This document shows, one piece after another, positions 61,100-64,000 of a stretch of DNA of 64,000 nt. The notes under the pieces were generated by a model. It had not been told where the DNA came from and did no database searches. It was given only the letters and a program-made list of their open reading frames with translations. How positions within the stretch are numbered: position 1 is the stretch's first letter; each line of letters starts with the position of its first letter. Both the position numbers and the translations under genes were made by a program. This stretch comes from a virus. The stretch lies in the IMG/VR virus record IMGVR_UViG_3300046674_000532. The stretch is one strand, 5' to 3'.

Positions 61100-61807
61100 A
61101 TGCCCGGCATGAGAGATGTGCGTGTGAGGGGGGCTGTGGCGGCGTGTGTGGCTGCTGCGGTGGTGGTGTTGGCGGGTTGCGGGGGCGGATCGGACGACGG
61201 CGGGAAGTCGAAGGCGTCGCCGTCGGTGTCGGCGGTGGGTTCGTCGCCGCCTGCTGAGGTGGAGCCGTCGCCGACGTATCCGCCGGGCCCGGAGGGGGAT
61301 GTGGACCGGGCCGTGGATGAGGCGGGTCTGGTGTATGACGATTCGTCGTACACCGATGCGGCCGCGTTCGTGCAGGACATCTGCGACTCGATGGTGACGC
61401 AGTCGAAGAACTGGAACCCGGCGCAGTGGCTGGCGGAGGGTGGCTATCTCGGGGATGACGGGGAGCAGATCCTGGATGTGGGGGTGCCGAAGCTGTGCCC
61501 GCGGTGGAAGTCGGCGTTGAAGCAGGCGGAGGCGGGGACGTACGTGCGGTTCATCTCGTCTGGGGAGTTCGAGGTGAAGGCGGATCCGGCGCCGTATGAC
61601 TCTGACAGCGATTCGGATGTTGAGGAGATCAAGGCGGGCACGTATGTGGCGCGGGGGCATTTCTCGGACTGCTACTGGGAGCGGACCGGGGCGGACGGTC
61701 AGATTATTGAGAATCGTGCGGTGACTCAGGCGACGCGGATGACGGTGACGTTGCGGGTTGGGGAGCTGTTCTCGAATGACTGCGGGACGTTTCGGCCGGT
61801 CGGCTGA
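61100..61807 (+). CDS. lipoprotein
   Basis: Signal peptide with lipobox VVLAGC. ATG at 61100 (or 61109); only the last 235 codons of ORF 60209..61807 are accepted. Confidence 0.7.
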   Translation: MPGMRDVRVRGAVAACVAAAVVVLAGCGGGSDDGGKSKASPSVSAVGSSPPAEVEPSPTYPPGPEGDVDRAVDEAGLVYDDSSYTDAAAFVQDICDSMVTQSKNWNPAQWLAEGGYLGDDGEQILDVGVPKLCPRWKSALKQAEAGTYVRFISSGEFEVKADPAPYDSDSDSDVEEIKAGTYVARGHFSDCYWERTGADGQIIENRAVTQATRMTVTLRVGELFSNDCGTFRPVG

Positions 61808-62031
61808 CCGATCCCGGATACGCGAAGGTCCCCGCCGCGCTCCCGGGGGGTGGGGTGCGGGCGGGGCCGGGTGCTCGGCCTGCCTGGGGGGATGGGCGGG
61901 TTCGAGCGGTGGGGGTGTGGGGGTTACGGCCTGCCCCGCCCCGGCGCGGGGGTGCTAGGACGGGACAGGCTGTGCACTTTTGATGGTGGGGTATGGCCGC
62001 GCGTTTGTCCGAGGCGCTTCCCCTCTGGGTG

Positions 62032-63990
62032 CTACTCCCCTGCGTCCGGGCCGGGTCCCGGGCCGTACTTGCCGCGGACGGCCTGGCCGCTGCCGGGCAT
62101 GCGGTGGATGCGGCCTTCCTTGACCATCCGGGACAGCCGGTTCTCGAGCGTGGAGGAAGTCAGCCCGGTGAGGCGCTCGATGTCGTCCTTGTGCAGGTAG
62201 TTGACCTCCTCCCCCATCGGGTCGGCGGCGTCCTCGAGGACGGTGAGGATCTTTTCGTCTGCGTTGGGCCCCTTCGGCGGTCCGGTGAGGGTGGCCCCGC
62301 CGCCGGCCTGTCCCGTCTCGCCGTCTTCGTCGTCCGGGAGGATGGAGGTCCGGCCGATCTCGTCCGCGCGCTCGAAGTCCGGCCAGTCAGCGGGGTGGGC
62401 GATGGCGGTTTCGTCGATGTAGGGGGCGGCGGACTCGAGGATGAAGTCGCGCATCATCTCGGCGGCTCCGCCGGGGCCCAGGGTGTAGCCGAGCCCGTAG
62501 GTGGATTCGGGGTCCTGGAGGGCGACGCTCTCGTCGTAGATGAGGGGCCGGTTGACGTCCCAGGCCGGGGGGATCTGGCCGGGGTCGACGCCTTCGAAGC
62601 CGGTGGTGACGAGGTTGGACTGGTCGGAGTCGGTGCGGAGCATGACCAGGGAGCCGCCCTGGATGACGTTGGTCCGCAGGGCGGTTGAGCCGCCGAGCTT
62701 GTCGGCGTTCACGGCCTGGTTGACGATGGTGAGGATGATGCCGAGGGAGCGGGCCTTCGCGGCCAGCGCCTCCACGATGATCTTTGCTTCCTTGCGGTGG
62801 TCGACCAGCTCGGACAGCGGGACGTGGGCTTCGTCGAGGATGACGCGGACCCAGGGGCGGTCAGGGGTGGCGATGAAGTTCTTCATCTTCAGCCGTGCGG
62901 ACTCGGCGATCCGCCACTGCATGAGGCCGTAGGAGACGCGCAGGGCGTGCATGCACTGTTCTTCGCCGATGCCGGAGTAGCAGGCCATGGTCTCGACGTC
63001 GGGGTTGGAGGAGCCCTTGGGGTCGGCGTAGATGATGGCGTGGCCGTTGACGTGGTCGGCGAGGGCGACGATCTGGATGAGGCCACCCTTGCCGGATCCG
63101 GTGACGCCGGCGATGAAGAGGTGCTTGGCGCCGAGCTTGGGGTCGACGAACTGGATGCGGGCGGGGAATCCGGAGACGTGCTGGCCGATCTGGACGTAGC
63201 CGCCCTTGGAGATTTTCAGGACGTGGGTGCCGGGGAAGGGGACGCCCTCCTTGAGGGGGTTGTGATTCATCTTGCGGACGGTTCCGCGGCGGGGGTCTCC
63301 GGGGACGGGTGCGTAGGAGCAGAGCAGGGTGTTGGTGCGGAGCGCTCCGGCGAGGGCTGCGCGGTCGGGGACGGGGAGTTTGTCGAGGTTCTCGCCAGCG
63401 ACGACGTAGGCGACTTCACCGCCGGTGTTGGGGTCGGTCTGGACGTCTTCGAGGTGGGTGCCGGCCATGACGCCGCCGGTGCGGGCGGCCCATTTGCGCC
63501 AGGCGCCCTGGAGGGTGCTGGTGTCGAGTTCGGCGGGCGGCGCAAGGTTGACGGTGATGTGGCGTTCGCCGGAGTGGGCGCCGTCCTCGAAGGTGATCCA
63601 GGCGGCGCGGACCTGGTAGGGGGTGGACTGGTAGGCGCTGGAGACGGTGTCGGCGGTGACGGTGACGGACTGGCCGGCGGGGGCGGTGATGGTGCCTTTC
63701 CAGCGGGTCGTGGACAGGGTGCGGATCTCGATGTTCTGGCTTTTGTGGGTGCCGTTGTCGAGGTTGGAGATGATCTGGTGCCAGCGGTAGGCGATCTGTT
63801 CGGCGGGGGTCAGCGGTCCGGCGGCTGCCTTGGGTGCGGGGCCGACGGGGGTGGGGGCGGGCTGTTTGGGGGTGCGGACGCGGCCGAGGACCTTGCGGAG
63901 TTTGAGGGGGACGAAGCCGACGGCGGCCAGCCAGCCGAGGGAGACGATGCCGGGGATCGGGTTGGCGGCGATGTCGGCGACGCCGAGCAT
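62032..63990 (-). CDS. FtsK/SpoIIIE (TraB-like) DNA translocase; the start may lie beyond the right edge
   Basis: N-terminal hydrophobic segments, Walker A FIAGVTGSGKGG, Walker B RVILDEAHV, C-terminal winged-helix-like LTSSTLENRLSRMVKEGRI. The frame stays open upstream of 63990 to the window end. Confidence 0.8.
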   Translation of the reverse strand: MLGVADIAANPIPGIVSLGWLAAVGFVPLKLRKVLGRVRTPKQPAPTPVGPAPKAAAGPLTPAEQIAYRWHQIISNLDNGTHKSQNIEIRTLSTTRWKGTITAPAGQSVTVTADTVSSAYQSTPYQVRAAWITFEDGAHSGERHITVNLAPPAELDTSTLQGAWRKWAARTGGVMAGTHLEDVQTDPNTGGEVAYVVAGENLDKLPVPDRAALAGALRTNTLLCSYAPVPGDPRRGTVRKMNHNPLKEGVPFPGTHVLKISKGGYVQIGQHVSGFPARIQFVDPKLGAKHLFIAGVTGSGKGGLIQIVALADHVNGHAIIYADPKGSSNPDVETMACYSGIGEEQCMHALRVSYGLMQWRIAESARLKMKNFIATPDRPWVRVILDEAHVPLSELVDHRKEAKIIVEALAAKARSLGIILTIVNQAVNADKLGGSTALRTNVIQGGSLVMLRTDSDQSNLVTTGFEGVDPGQIPPAWDVNRPLIYDESVALQDPESTYGLGYTLGPGGAAEMMRDFILESAAPYIDETAIAHPADWPDFERADEIGRTSILPDDEDGETGQAGGGATLTGPPKGPNADEKILTVLEDAADPMGEEVNYLHKDDIERLTGLTSSTLENRLSRMVKEGRIHRMPGSGQAVRGKYGPGPGPDAGE

Positions 63991-64000
63991 GAGGGCGTCG

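Larger units (their letters stand above)
1..64000. mobile_element. Segment of a temperate siphovirus-type actinophage (possibly phage-plasmid) genome
   Basis: Complete packaging/head/tail/lysis module plus integrase, parABS, replication- and recombination-type genes. Both window edges still lie in phage-like genes and no housekeeping genes are seen. Confidence 0.85.

Noticed and set aside
60209-61807. 532-aa plus-strand ORF
   Set aside because: The N-terminal ~300 codons are antisense to the ATPase-GNAT and ParB-like genes (Gly/Asp/Val low complexity). Only the lipoprotein part from 61100 is kept.

Overview
High-GC sequence with Streptomyces-type codon usage (G/C-rich third codon positions). 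It reads as a temperate siphovirus-type actinophage, possibly a phage-plasmid hybrid; no clearly cellular housekeeping genes are visible. I call about 85 protein genes, roughly 85% on the minus strand, many translationally coupled by ATGA/GTGA/TGATG overlaps. In minus-strand transcription order (high to low coordinates): an FtsK/TraB-like translocase that runs off the right edge; a ParB-like nuclease plus an ABC-ATPase::GNAT fusion; small and large terminase; an SNase-like nuclease; portal, scaffold, decoration protein and lambda-E-type capsid; head-tail joining genes; major tail protein; G/G-T chaperones with a visible GGGAAAA -1 slippery site; a 1697-aa tape measure; tail tip and fibre genes; a lysis cassette (Cys-peptidase, amidase endolysin, holin, membrane proteins including a collagen-like one); and a LamG/tandem-repeat protein. 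An integrase island follows: a functional tyrosine integrase, a PIN-like protein and a degenerate second recombinase. The left 21 kb is an early/maintenance region: Rad52-like annealase, a decayed C5-methyltransferase, two WhiB-like regulators, a wHTH Rep-like gene containing two tandem DnaA boxes, a SLOG/DUF2493 protein, type-Ia-like parA-parB with three AT-rich parS palindromes, a secreted metzincin, Gp37/Gp68, RuvC-like resolvase and SSB. Two plus-strand islands lie at 21.1-24.8 kb and 57.7-59.3 kb. Recurrent non-coding signals: a 19-bp palindrome built into the -35 of several promoters; a 15-nt hairpin motif in front of four packaging/morphogenesis units; and an extended -10 motif. No rRNA, tRNA or CRISPR array was found. 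All functions are inferred by eye from motifs. Gene starts were frame-checked against the ORF track. Coordinates of short motifs may be off by 1-2 nt.
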